The notes under the pieces were generated by a model. That model saw only the letters and a list, made by a program, of their open reading frames with translations. It made no database searches and was not told the DNA's origin. Positions 22,567 through 36,136 of a DNA stretch of 64,000 bases are shown here, piece after piece. The stretch's first letter is position 1. The number at the start of each line of letters is the position of its first letter. The translations under genes and the position numbers were made by a program. Source of the DNA: Auanema rhodensis. Taxonomy: Eukaryota; Animalia; Nematoda. The stretch is from positions 5,828,001 to 5,892,000 of the forward strand of contig OZ059900.1 in assembly GCA_964057225.1 (NCBI GenBank). Direction: 5' to 3'.

Positions 22567-25500
22567 TTATTTAGCATTGCCTTGTTGGCCAGCATTCACG
22601 TAGAAGGACTCAGAGAGTTTTTCGAGATAAGATATACGTGAATTGACGGTAGACTGGAAACGCTTATAGTATTTTGGATATAGATGAGAAATACGATCTG
22701 AGTATTGTATGTATTCGTTTGAAATGGCCGTCTAAAATGTGATTTACATCTAAAATCTTTAGTCTTCTTTTTTACCTTTATTTGTTTCCAAACAACTTCT
22801 TTTGTTTCAGATCTCCCATGAAATGATTGTGAGAGAAAGTTGTGACATTTCCTCATATCCTTTGTGAATTTTTTCTTGGAGTAACTTTTGAATGCCTGAA
22901 AGAATGGTGTTGACAATTTCTCTCTTCACAAAACAAAGATTACTGTAACAAAACGTCTCTCATTATATTTTTTAAAGTTGAGAATTGATTTGTCTGCTAT
23001 TCCTGATGCAATCATGCAATCGATTCCATTCATAAATATCTTAAACTGAACGTTTTTCAATATTAAAAACATTGATGGTATTACTCTGAATTTGGGATGT
23101 ATAGAAGCAATAGTCATCTTGCCATACATTAGCAACGAATCGTCAATAATTTTTTTAATTTTTTGTTGTACACCTTTGAAAGGAACAGCCCCAATATATG
23201 TGAGTGTGTCTACATAAAATAAGTTATATTTAGAATTATCGAAAGATTACCGTCAAGAACAAGGAATGAATCTATAAGTATGTTAAGTTTTGGAGCACGA
23301 TCATCATCTTTCAATGCTGCTAGTTTGATACCACCTATCATTGCATAGCACAACGTTTCTAGTCTGAATCAAAATGTTTGAGTGAAATATTTTTAAAATT
23401 TCATTGAACTCTTCCCATACGTAGTCCAGATTTTCGATATTCTTGATGTAATCAGTAACATGCTTCAAGAAATTACAAAAACGGTAGATATGATAGTTTA
23501 TGTTGGACTTCATGAACGTTTCATCAACATAATAGTTGAATTCGTTTTTCTGGAAATATATAGAAATTCAAAGAAAATTTTGAGCATTAACTTACGAAAT
23601 ACAGATTCATCAAAGATTTTGCATATTGAGCTGAGGAACGAATGATATCAATACTGGCTGAATCATGTTTTGTGATCGTCGGCATCATTGAAATCCAATA
23701 AGTGTAAACCGGTATGATACACCTAAATATGCTTGTGAATATGCTTGTTGTGGCTGAACCATATCTTACACTGGATCGGCATCATATATGTGTTTAGCTA
23801 AAGCACGTAAAGAGCTGCTTACAAGCTCACAAATAGGAGACTGTGCACTGTTCAGATCTGGAACACAAATACTTTTTCATAACTTTTTTGTATTATTTGC
23901 TCTGGTCAAACCTAAAAGCACTGGTTCTTTAATCTGCTGATTTTTCTCTTCTTCTTCATCTGCAAAATCGAATTTCGGCAATTCGGGCATTTCAAGTATT
24001 TTTTTAAGATAATTTCTTTCTTCGCATACCATCAGATAAATATCAGATGTGATATTTCTTACAATCTAGCATTACTGAATTATTATTCTGATAACAAAAA
24101 ATGCAATACCTCCTGCACATCAGTGAAGTCTTTGTAATAGTCTTGGTATGGCAATGAGTTTCTGCGTTCCAGTACACGATCCAAAGAGTTTTTATCACTT
24201 CCTAGAAATGATCATTTAATCATTTAATCAGTACTAAATACTTGTAACTAACGTGGCCCAAAGGGTGAACCAATATTTGTAAGATGATTGTAATATGCAT
24301 TGCAATATTGTGGTATCAATTCTTGAAGAGACCACATGCATCCATTTATGTAAGCAAAGCATACCAGATTATACCCAACTGGCCTGAACATATTTAAGTT
24401 ATAATTGTTTCTTAATTTTCGATCACTTTGTTTTCTTGAGCCATATTATAATTCTAGATAATGCACAAAGTGGGCTTCGACGAGAATGTTGAGATGGTAA
24501 AACAGGTAAATGTTTATCAAATGTGTACACGGAATTTTTTTGCTGAAAATAGAACATAGATTCTGAATATGTTAGTTCACTAACAATCATTGAAATCCAG
24601 TTGCAAACAGTGAAAATAAAACGATTTACTGCTAAATGACCAAGTTCTCTGGCATTCTTTGCGTTCCAGAAGTTATCATTCCAAATGCAATCAAAATGCC
24701 CTGTACATGCTTCACAAAAGTTTATCATCTCATCCAATAATTTTGAATTGATATATCGTCTTAAATGTTTAATATACTATTCTGAGAAATCAATCTTTAT
24801 AGCCAACCTTCCCTCATTCTGAATATGTTGTGTCATTGACCAGCTATTATCCATATACATAGTTTTTTTTCTTAAACTTGTGAGTAAATCCTAGAAGATG
24901 AACATGTTATTGAACTGGATTTTTTCTCACCTCTTTAACAAGCGATACAATACCACCTGAATACCTATTGGCAATTACTTGCATTGATTTCACACAGAAA
25001 ATCGTTATATTCAATATCTGAAATAGTGTTCTTTGATAATTATTGACATTAGCGTTATTGAATATATTTATTAAGTTAGTTACCTCAAGTATAGGTTCAA
25101 AATCAACTTTCTTCACATCTGAAAATGCAGAAAAATCATGATTTTACGATTACTAATAAGCTTACTGAATGGCAAATCAACTAGTTCAGAAGAGTACAAA
25201 CTCTTTAGACCGGAAGTGTTTTCTTCAAAAACTGACTTCTTCTCTTCGTATGATTTATATTCATAATCCTTATAGCAAGGAGCATCTTTGAGACTTAGCA
25301 AAGTTTTTATCAAGACCTGAAATTGAGTGGCATCACCTATAGTTAACTATGTTGAATAGTACATCTTTTAGCCAGAATACATAAAGATCCTCAGACACTC
25401 GGATAAAGGTGAAAGCCTCGATGTTGTAATTATCAAGTAGTGTTGATGATGCTGCAGCACCTTGTTCAGTATGCTGAAAAATTGGTACTCTCAAACATAA

Positions 25501-26662
25501 TAATCTGAACCTCATACTTTGAATTCTTCAATTTTGATTTTGAGTTCTTCTAGCAGTTTGTTTGTTCTGGTATAAGTTCTTCTTTTTTTTCCATCAAATA
25601 TCTTAATTTATAAAAACTATATGAGTAAATATATCAGCCTAAGTCACAATGAAGCTTTTTAGGGCATTTGAATCCTGGTTCAATTTTTCAAGCACAATGC
25701 TGGTTTGATCGGTCTTGCTTATTTTCAGATACATAGATGCATCTCCTTCAGTGAATATCTCAAAAGAATTGATAAATCTAGAAAAAACCCAACTATTATA
25801 CCGGTACGTCCAGCCATTCGTCAGTAACAGTTGATGCTTCATTTTCCATTTCGGTTTTCAATTCGAACAAATGGGGATAGGCAATTTTCAAAAGTGTTAT
25901 CTTTTGATTTTCAAAAGTAATCTGAATAACTTAGGTTAAGTTTCAATTAAAATATGCCGTACCGTGAGAAGTTTTACGTCCTCTGTAGGAATTTTAGAGT
26001 TTACATCAACCACATCAAAATTGGCATCAGCTGGCACCTCGATATGTTCATTTTTCTCATCATTCTGAATAATTTTTCGAGTCTCTTTTTTCATGTCTTG
26101 AAATATTCTAACCAGAGAAAAGATTGGGACATAAGTTGTCATCTTCTTCACTTTCTTTTTTCCAAAGGGGAAAACTCCGCGGATTTTATCCACAGCCGCG
26201 AATATAGGTGTTCTATGGCTTTTAATAGCATTTTCTTCAGTTGTTTGAATCGAAGCTTCGAGGTTGGTTGTAAGGTCAGTTTGAGCGAGCTAAATGTTCA
26301 AACAATAAACTATGCCGAAACCTATTAGTTTCTAACTTGAGGCTTTTCAGCTTTTTCAGGGCTCTTCAAGGTATCAAAAGCAAGAAAATTGAGCATTTCT
26401 TGAGAAGTCTTGATCTCGACAAAGGATGCACTTTTGATATTATTTTGTTTTCCAGATACATCAGGTACAGTAAGCTGGAAAGATGGTTCATCCAGCTTAA
26501 GTGCTGAAAGGGAGCAGTCGACTTCTTTCTCAGAAGATACGTATTTCTTCTCGAGATTCTGTAAATTATATGCTGCAAATGTTAGAAATTATTTAAACTC
26601 ACAAGTTGCGGTTTTCCGGATTCTTCTGCAGGATCGGTTGGGGAATTGAAATTCAAATCCAT
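22567..26662 (-). CDS. Large multi-exon protein of unknown function (~1000+ aa)
   Basis: Chain of minus-strand exon ORFs joined by short GT-AG introns from MDLNFNSPTDPAEESGKPQL to ...SESFYVNAGQQGNAK*. Several junctions checked in phase; no domain recognised. Confidence 0.7.
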
Positions 26663-27443
26663 TATCAAAGAGAGCTCAACAATACACAACCGCACGGCGT
26701 TGATGAAAGGTGGTGAATGAAATTTTAGTTGTAACTGCGCAGAAACTGTCCGAAAGTGACCAAAATGACATATAGTCATTCAATGTTTCTTTAATTTTCG
26801 CATAGTTATGTTATTTTTTAGTCTAGTCTAGCATGACTAATTGCAACAACTTAGCTTAGTTATTACAAGCTATGTTTTTCAACATTCGGCTATTTACCTA
26901 TTTTTTCCAATTCATAATTTTTCTGAAAAATATTGAAATATTTGAATTAGTTATGAAAATTGGATCATTTTGATACCAAATATCATATGTCCAGTATTAA
27001 TTGTGTGCGATTGAATGCCGATGTAAAGGTCACTTCTCCAGATAAGTCATCCAGCATGGATAAATACACAGAATCTCAACTGCTTTTTGTATAAAATAAA
27101 AAATAATTATATATTTCATAATAATTCAATCAGTTAGCGATCATGCTGTGACGTTCGTGCTATTCTGTGTTTTTAAACAATTATTTCATATCTGTGATCT
27201 CATATCTGTGTTTTCATAACTTTCTGCGTTTTTTTTAATTATAACATGATATAGTGCTCATTGTGTATTTAATATGTTAATTATAATATATGGTATGAAG
27301 ATAATTATAAAAAATAATTTCTAATTCAATTAATCACTTGTTTTCGTAGCCACAGCAATTATTTTTATTTTTTATAATTAACTGTTAATAAAGAAAAATT
27401 ATTGAAAAAAACTCATTTATTCAAGCAAAAGAAGTTAAATGAA

Positions 27444-28495
27444 TTATAGAATGGTATCATCTTCTTCTTGTCCATCGTACAATCCCAGATCATCGGGTTC
27501 AAATGTTAGAATATGCTCTGAGTCATCGTCCGATCCAACTTGAATTTCAGGAGATTCCGATGAGTTCTCATAGTACTAATGTAGATATTTTATCATATTT
27601 TCATTGCTATTCTTCAACTCACATCAACCAATTGAGTGTGGAGTGGCAAAGAATATACCACAGGTGCTATATGAAACTCTTTGAGCACCCTTTCTGTTTC
27701 TTCATCAGGTGTGATTGATATTATTGGAGTACGGCATGGCTTTTTATAAAGCTGGTTGTATTATTTAAAAAAAACTTTATGAATCAAACTAACCTCCTGT
27801 TGATCAACGGTGTTAACGTTATTATCATCAGGTTGATATTGCTTCTCGTAAGTCTGACATATAAATATACTCTGTATGATTATAATATGGAGGCAACATA
27901 CATGGATTTGATTAAGTATTGGTAAAGAAAGGGTCATGGATTTGATTCTCAATCTACGCATGACGGCCTCTGATTCTTCATCCATTGTCGAATCAAATTC
28001 AGAAGCTTCAGACGATTGGTAATCATATTGCTATATGTGAGTAAACTATTCATGTACAGCTTATTTTGTAAACATACAGTAATCAGATCGTCAGATTCGC
28101 TTTCATTTTCAGAAAATTCAACTGCTGTTCTGCAGTACTTGTACGAAAACCAATGGTTATTATCAAAATACAAACAAACTTACAGGATCGATTTGATTAT
28201 TGATTGACAAAGATCGTTGCTCAGGTATCAATCGAAACTCTTTGATAACCAGTTCGTTTGGATTACGGTGAACCATCACTTCCACTTCGTGAACAACAGG
28301 TTGTTCTTCAGTCGTAGGCTTACGATTCACAGGAAAACGTTCCATTCGAGAACTTTCAATCTAAATATAAGATTAGTTGTTAGTTGTTTTATCTTACACT
28401 ACCTTGTCTTGTCCTCCCATGAGATTACGGCGTTCATCTTTATTACCAGTGTCCCGACGGAAAAAAGCGATGATTCCTTTCCAAAATCCACACAT
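27444..28495 (-). CDS. ~257-aa orphan with three internal repeats and a PxIxIT motif, 7 exons
   Basis: All six introns phase 0; MCGFWKGIIAFFRR...; exon sizes 31/59/20/43/20/43/41 aa; ends ...GQEEDDTIL*. Confidence 0.8.
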
Positions 28496-30686
28496 TGTCG
28501 CAGAGAACGGATGAAGATATTAAGTTAGGCTAAAAATTATTATCTAAGAGTAATAGTAAAAATGTTTGCAAACAGAAGTCTGCAACTGATAAAATAAAAT
28601 ACCAAGAGATGTTCACTTCTCTTAGCTTGAGGTAAAAATGAAACTACTTACTTGTTATGCTCAACTTATAGGTTTAAAAGCTTCATAACTAGTTTTTTAT
28701 TAATTTTATTATAAAAAACTATTACAGTTCAATTAGTAGATATTACTTTATTTCATTATGAAGATTGAGCAAAGCATAGTTAATATATTATATATATTAT
28801 TACATATATATAGGTAAGGCATACTGTTACATTACAAATCAAATAAATAAAGTATAATAAGTATTATTAAAAAAATGAAACTCACTAGAGAATACAAATT
28901 ATGTTTTGAATGTGATGTTAACATAATCTTATCCTAATTGCTCAAATTAGCAATTTTTACCAATTATGTTTATAAACTGTAATAACACAAGTTATTATGT
29001 CGTAATAGTATTGCTTGAAGTTTAGACAAAAAACTTAGAAAAAAAAATTCAAATTTAAATAGATGGGGTGAGGTGAAATGAATGGATAATAGAATGTTTG
29101 TGACGTAGGTACGTCCTTACAGCATGTTTATTCTACTAAAATGAATCAAAAACATTTGTGTTATAGCAACAACAACATATGGATATGTGTTGTTTTTTAC
29201 CGCTTAGAAGTATTTTCTTCTCAAAAAAACATCGTTTTTTTCTCATATTTCGACACTTTTCGTCACGCTTCTTATACGCCTGTGTTCAACATCGTTCTGT
29301 TTTTGACTTGTTTGACATATTTTTTATCTATCTTTATATCTCTAACCATCTGACTATCTAAATGATAGTATTTCACAAAATTTTCTCTCAAGCCTGCTTA
29401 TGGATGATGAGACGTTCTACATAGTATATGTGACAGATCTTGTAGCGAAATTGGTGATTAACTTCACTAGACAGCTAGTCTATCACCATCAATGTGAAAT
29501 TGTGATGTGACTAAGTTTAAACATTTTTATTCAATAAAACCATTCGTATTCTCTCACTTTTTCTAATTGAGAACATATTTTTTTCTGAAAAAAAATGTGT
29601 AAACATTTCCATCATCCCATATCAAATTTTAAAAGAGCATTGTTATATTTATAAAACTGCTATGTAAAAAGGTTGTTTATATCTTTTATTGATTTCAGAA
29701 TAAAAAACTGATTCATTTTCCTACTTGTACTGTCAGAACAACCTATCGATATGATTTTTATTTATCATGAATAACACATGCTCTATCAATGTATTGTTAT
29801 CTATTTATATAAATAGAATGCTACTGTATGTGCTTATGAGCATTCTTCTTGTTGGCTGATACAAATACTTCAAATCTGACTACTTCATAAATTTAATTTT
29901 TATTTGATTTATCATTTGGATCAAACAATACAAATTGAAATCTTACCCATGTTCATACATGCAGAGAACTCCTATGGTTTGTAATAAGAATGTTCAAATG
30001 AATCTGCATGATATATAATATGTTGTTGTCCTTGAAAATAATTCAAATGAGTAGGTAGTCCTTTGTAATTACTTCCAAAATGAGTACTTTATAAAGAGAC
30101 ATTTTTTATAGCAATTAACCTTGAGAACATTTTCAAAAAAAGAAAAAAATTTCGAATTTTTGATTTTTCTCACAACTTTTATAATTTCGTGAATTGAAAC
30201 TAGGTTAGTTCTTCCGTTTTAGTCAATTCAAGATAATCTTAAAGAACAATATGTTGCCTATTAGTTTTCCGTCTATTTATACATAAATTTTCAATTTTCA
30301 CAATCTTTATCAATCTTTATTACATATATAAAGATATTTATTGATTGATTGATGATATATGTATAACTATATTGATTATAATGGTTTAATATATGATATA
30401 CTTGAGAAAAAACAAGTTTTTATTGGAAAATATATTTTGATATATTTTGTGTACGCTAATTATATTTGTTATGTCGGCTAACATTTTGGTTATAATATTT
30501 TTTTTATTTTATTTACTGCACACTTCAACTTCTACCTTACATCCAATCTATTCCAACTGTACACAAATATCCATAACATCTGCCTCACTTTCATTTCAGT
30601 TTTAATTCTAACTATATCGATCAATATACATATGTATATTTCATTTATTATATCTATTAAATATAAATTTGCACGTTTATTATTGA

Positions 30687-32300
30687 TTATTCAGTGTATG
30701 TACTATATAATTCAAGATATAGAAATTGATTGAGAGCTGATAAGAATTGATCAGTATATTCATGAATATATTCATAGCATCTCTGAACATCTTTCAATAT
30801 TATTTTATCAGTATATTCGCGCGCAAGTTTTTTTTTCTCCATTTCTTCAAATATATTGTGATATGTAAGAAGACAATATAAATTGAAAAATAAGAAATGC
30901 ATAATATAGTTGAATTTGCCGATAGGAATTGGCGTCATGACGCTTTCTTTATGTAATATCTGAATCTTGAATCATTTCTCATGTTCATAACATAAATGAA
31001 ATATATTATAGAATATACAATATAAATAAATAAGTATATAGTATGCATATGTTCAGAAACTATATTATTTGTACATTTCAATTTTACACATAATAGTCGT
31101 AAGAATTAGAATTCTAATTTAAAACGGTTCTCTATTCGCTGATCTGATTGTGTCTTTCTTCATTCTTTCAAATTCTTTACATACTTAATGAATATCTTTC
31201 CTCTTTCTTCACTTTGTCGTGTTCGTTTTTCAGTCTTTTTGACTATTTATTTAATCGTGTCATAGTATGAAATCACCATTGTTCAAACTATCGCTAGCAT
31301 TCAAGTGCATTTTATAGCAGCATTGTTGTCAAAGCGGTACTTTTGAAACAGCTATATGCAAATCGGAGGTAATTGCATTTAGTTTTCAAATTTGTACATA
31401 CAATGAGTGATTTTAATAGTAATAGTGTGATATCATTCTATAATTCGCTAGTGTAAACGCTGTTACGAGTTAAAAGGCTTGAGGAAAGTCTTTAAAACAC
31501 TTTTCTCGTTTTTTCAACACATTCATCCATTATTTGATTGAAATTTTTTTCTTCAAGTTATTTGAAATCAAATACTGTCAACAACATTTTGTTTCGGGCA
31601 CTTGATTCTGTTAAATCTTATCTGGCAACATAGATTGTTTTACTTTGTCTTTACTATTTGGTTTACTTAGCTGTCTGTTGCTGTGTCATTCTTCAGTTTG
31701 CTGTCCCGTAAAGCTCTTCCTTGGATAGCGTAGGCGAATCTTCAACGTCAACTATGTCAGTTTTTTCATTGAAGCATTATGTGTTGCATTTTGTGTCACT
31801 CGATGATCATTTACTCAGACATATTTTAAGCATATAATCCCTATTCTAATAAACAACTAACTACATACAATTGCATGCTTGACATAAGATGCCATTTTTC
31901 TTTACTCTCATCAGTAAATGGAGCATAAGATGTTGGTTAGCAAATATCATAACAAGCTGTTTCCTTCACTTTCTTGCACAAGAGGTCAGCTAGGTTTGAT
32001 TTCCAATACCATCTGTCTATGCTTCCGCCAAGTCAACACGATTATGCTATCACAAGCTTTTTTAGCATCATCACAACCTCTCGAAGTGGTCTTTATAATT
32101 CTTAATATTTCTGTTAGACTTTATCTTTTCTTTACCTCTCCTATAAAGTTTTTTATCATTTCATTTTTGCAATTTTTTCACCATTTTAATAATTTTTATC
32201 ATTATCGATCAATAAATATTCAACAGTAGCAAATGGACTATCATTATTTGCTAACAGAATCTGAATGAACTAATCATCTGTTTCTTTGATGTTAACAAAG
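30687..32300 (-). pseudogene. Possible decayed coding sequence
   Basis: A/purine-rich minus strand with K/E-rich frames (EEMEKKKLAREYTDKIILKDVQRCYEY; IVKKTEKRTRQSEERGKIFIKYVKNLKR) broken by stops; no coherent model. Confidence 0.25.
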
Positions 32301-33810
32301 AAAATGATCATTTTGTACTGTTTTGGATTTTTTCCGCATTACTAAAACTTCAATTTATTTTATTTTTTCATTCTTCTTATAAATTGACTTGTGTTAATCA
32401 TTTTTATTCCAAATCAAAATATTTATTTTTGTTCTTAAATGTTTCGATAATGAGCTGAAACATTTACAATTAATCTTCAACTCTCCGAACAATTGGGCAG
32501 GAATTAAATTTTTTTTTATGTCGCAAGCAAACGGCTATGACAAGTGCTAATCACTAATATCTAAATAAAAGTAAATTGCTAATCAAGATATGTTTTTGAA
32601 AAGCTAATGCTCTTCCATGTAATCCAGATAACTATTTACTTTCAAAAGCAATAAAACAAAAATATCATTTTTATTGTAGGATAATTGAGGTGATGCTTGA
32701 ACTTGATGTGTTAAGCAACTGTTATATTGATGTTTTCACCTCATCTACCCTCACTTCATCAGATCACATTGCTTAGGGTATGCTGAAGTGTAATGGCTAT
32801 GAGAAGAAAAGAGCGAAATACGAATCACACATGTAACTGAAAAGAAAATTTGAAATTTTATAAAATATTGTCGTATCCTATTACTCTTATATCTTTCACA
32901 TAATTTTTTTTCTTCAATATATTTCCTGCATAATCTATATTCATGGATATTTCATTTCTTTTATAAATTTCTCAAAACAGTTTAACAGAAAACATTTTGA
33001 TTATTGTGCTTCTTAAATGATAAAATGTATATTCAATTCTTAATTAGATTATGAAATTTTAACTGAATGACATGAATACGTCAATATATATTATATATAT
33101 ATAATATCAAGGCACATTTTAACCATTGCATTGCTGTTTTAGTGTCATATGAACATGGTTATGACTATTGTCTTAACATTTAAAGAGAAGCTCATTTCCA
33201 AATGTTGATAGTGATAACAATTCCTATTCTATCTTTCCTCCTACACATTTTTGCTCTTGTTTTCTTAGTCATCTTCATATCATATATTTCGCACATGTTG
33301 TTATTACCTATTGAACTTTTTGCATTATGAAATTTCAACTCGTATATTCAAGCATGTCTGATAATCGTCACTTTATATTATCATACAATCAGGACGTCAC
33401 ACTGTACACACTTTATCATTTCACTTTACCAAAAAATGGTCAAAGAAAAATTTGTGACAGTTGTCATAATCCCTTTCTGATGCTCTTAAAGACTTACTGA
33501 AGAGAAAGCATATACATGTCTAATTAGTGCATTCTAATAGATTCAAATATTAGCCAGTGTTGTTCTTACATATGTATATAAACTTTTTGTGAATAAAAAA
33601 ACAAAAATAGTTTTGCTTCTATACATGCTTTTGAGTTTATTCTCCTTTCTTCTGTTTTTTTTGTTCTCAATTATTTTTTAACATTCTGGTGTCTGCTGTT
33701 AGTTCAGGCACTTATGCAAATGAATGATTGATGAATAGGGCCACTTTCTCGCTAATTAGTGGTTTGTTCCCTGCAATCTAACACTTGATGCAGGTGGTAC
33801 AACTATGTAT

Positions 33811-33828
33811 ATGTGTGTGTGTGTGTGT
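33811..33828 (+). repeat. (TG)n microsatellite
   Basis: Direct reading. Confidence 0.85.
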
Positions 33829-35455
33829 GAAGTAGGGCACACACGGGCCGAGAACGCTTAGATAACAGGGCATCTTAACCCATCATTTCCATAGTTTTCC
33901 TCTTATTCAAGCTCTCTCTAGCTTGTCTCTCACTCTTTCTCTTTATCTTTCTCTCTCATCTCTTTATGCGTGTATTTCTTATCGTTCCTGTATAAGAAGC
34001 TGTGTATTCTCCAAGTACAGTTGCATCTGATCAAAGGATTGCATTACAAGAAATAGTACAGGATTAGGAGAGTTGTTAGATCGCTAGAGACCGTTACCCT
34101 CTAATCTCTCTTACCTTTCTGAATGATCTTATGGTCTTCTTCATATTTCTTCTCTTCTTCGACTCTCTCACACCATCCCTATATTAGACCTACTCTAATG
34201 GGCTCACCTATTTCTTTGCTCTTGCTTTTGCACACTTTATCTTAGCCTTGTTTGTCTAACCTCGTTCTATAGTATGAAGTAGTCAAGCTGCTCCAGATAG
34301 TACTACTTATCCAGTAGACCATCTTATCTGACCTTTTTCGGTAGTGTTCATTATTTTCTCTAGCTTCTGTTTTGATTCATGCACTCATAAAACTTTAAGC
34401 AATGCTTTTTATTATTTCTATCAATATACTTTTAAAAGTTTTTTCTATAATTAGAGTTATTTTTAACCTTTTCAATGATCTAAGCTGCCTTCGAAACAGA
34501 ATATAATTGCTTTGAAAAATTCTGGCCATAAGGTCTAAGAGCAAGATATCTGTCAATCATCCTGAGCGTCATTTGGAAACTATGCATCAAATTCAAATAG
34601 TTGAAACCACTAAAAAATGAAGCTTACTCTTGTTGGGCCAATTCTTTTTCAATGAAATAACTTAGTTTAACTTAAACTCTTTTGCTTAATATTATATTTT
34701 CCATATTTTTTTATAATAAACAATCCAATCAATGTAAACATGATTTTTAGATAATTGCAAAATATGTGAAATTTTTGAACAATTTTTAAAAAACATATGT
34801 TTTCTAGTTTGTACTATTTTCATATTTTATTTAACTTTTTTTCCTTTTTCAGGAAAAAAAAACAACTAATTGCTGCAACTCTAGAAAGAATCACTTTTTC
34901 TCTTCACTTTAACATTACATTCATGTTTTTTATATTTTATTCATTCTATTTCTGTTTTATTAATATTTTAGTTTAATGTTTGAGAGTTACTCACTTGTCT
35001 AGTAAATGATGCTTTAAGGACCATCCCTTCTAAACAAACACGAATGTTGGTTTGATATGCTTCAAAGTGTTTCTCACTCAACTAAGATCTCTTCAAGTAT
35101 TATGATGCTGATGATTGACCCATGTCTCGTCTTCCTCTTTGAGATGTTCTTGCTCTATCCAAACTTAATATTTGGCGGTGTATTATTGAGCCGACTAACT
35201 CTAGCCATTTGTTTGCTTACAACTCGGCTCATTTCATTGCGTTTACGATTATTTCTCATATACATATGCTTATTGGATTAGTTCAATATCCTCTCAAAGC
35301 TGTATTCCAGATCATAATGATATAGATTATCTATAACAAACAATATGAATATTAAAATGAGCTTATTAATAACCTTATCTCTCAAATATTATTTATATCT
35401 TCTTTTTTCTTTTTTTTCTTCTTTATTTTAAAAATTTTCAGTGTTATATATTGAA

Positions 35456-36136
35456 ATGACAAAAGTTATTGTGGCCCTACTTTTTGCACTTAGTTTCGTG
35501 GCGGTCAGTTATGAAACTGCAACATCAAAAGCCACAACTATCGGAACTATCGATGATGAGGATACAACTGTAACAGTTGGCGAAGGTAGCGGACTTGTTG
35601 ACGATGAAGATGCACTTGAGGTAACGTATATATCATTTGAAATGGCTTTTTCTTTTATTTCTGTTTACCGTTTAAAGTAATTTTTGATTGATTCAGGGTT
35701 CTGGCCTCCCCCCTGAGATCAAATATTCAACAAAGAATATTGTTAAAACTATTGATACGACAGTTACTCAATCACGACTTCGACCAGTAACCAGTCCAAC
35801 TATCGATGTTGTTCAGCAAGACACGGTAAGCACCTGGTTTCTCATGCACCATTTGTGAAAAGGTTTAATTGTCATTACTGTATGATGTTTACAGATTGTT
35901 GCTGCCACAACAACACAACGTGTTATCGTACGAGCCCCGGATGCTACCGGAGGATCAATTTTAGATTCGAACATCGTTCTTATAAGTATAGGCATTCTCT
36001 TATTTCTTATTGTTTCCGCACTTGTCATCGTTTTATGCTGTTGCAGAAGTGAGTTGCATTCATAATCTCAACTTTATAACAAACTGTACTTTTTGCAGGT
36101 AAACGTGGTTATCAGCCAGGAAAACAGGAAATGTAA
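35456..36136 (+). CDS. Syndecan-like type I transmembrane proteoglycan core protein, 4 exons
   Basis: TTTTCAG acceptor at 35435-35441; signal peptide; two acidic EGSG glycosaminoglycan sites (GEGSGLVDDEDALEGSG); Thr-rich stalk; TM IVLISIGILLFLIVSALVIVL; short tail CCCRSKRGYQPGKQEM*. Confidence 0.8.

Noticed and set aside
35456-36136. Calling this gene sdn-1
   Set aside because: Lacks the diagnostic C1 and EFYA cytoplasmic motifs.
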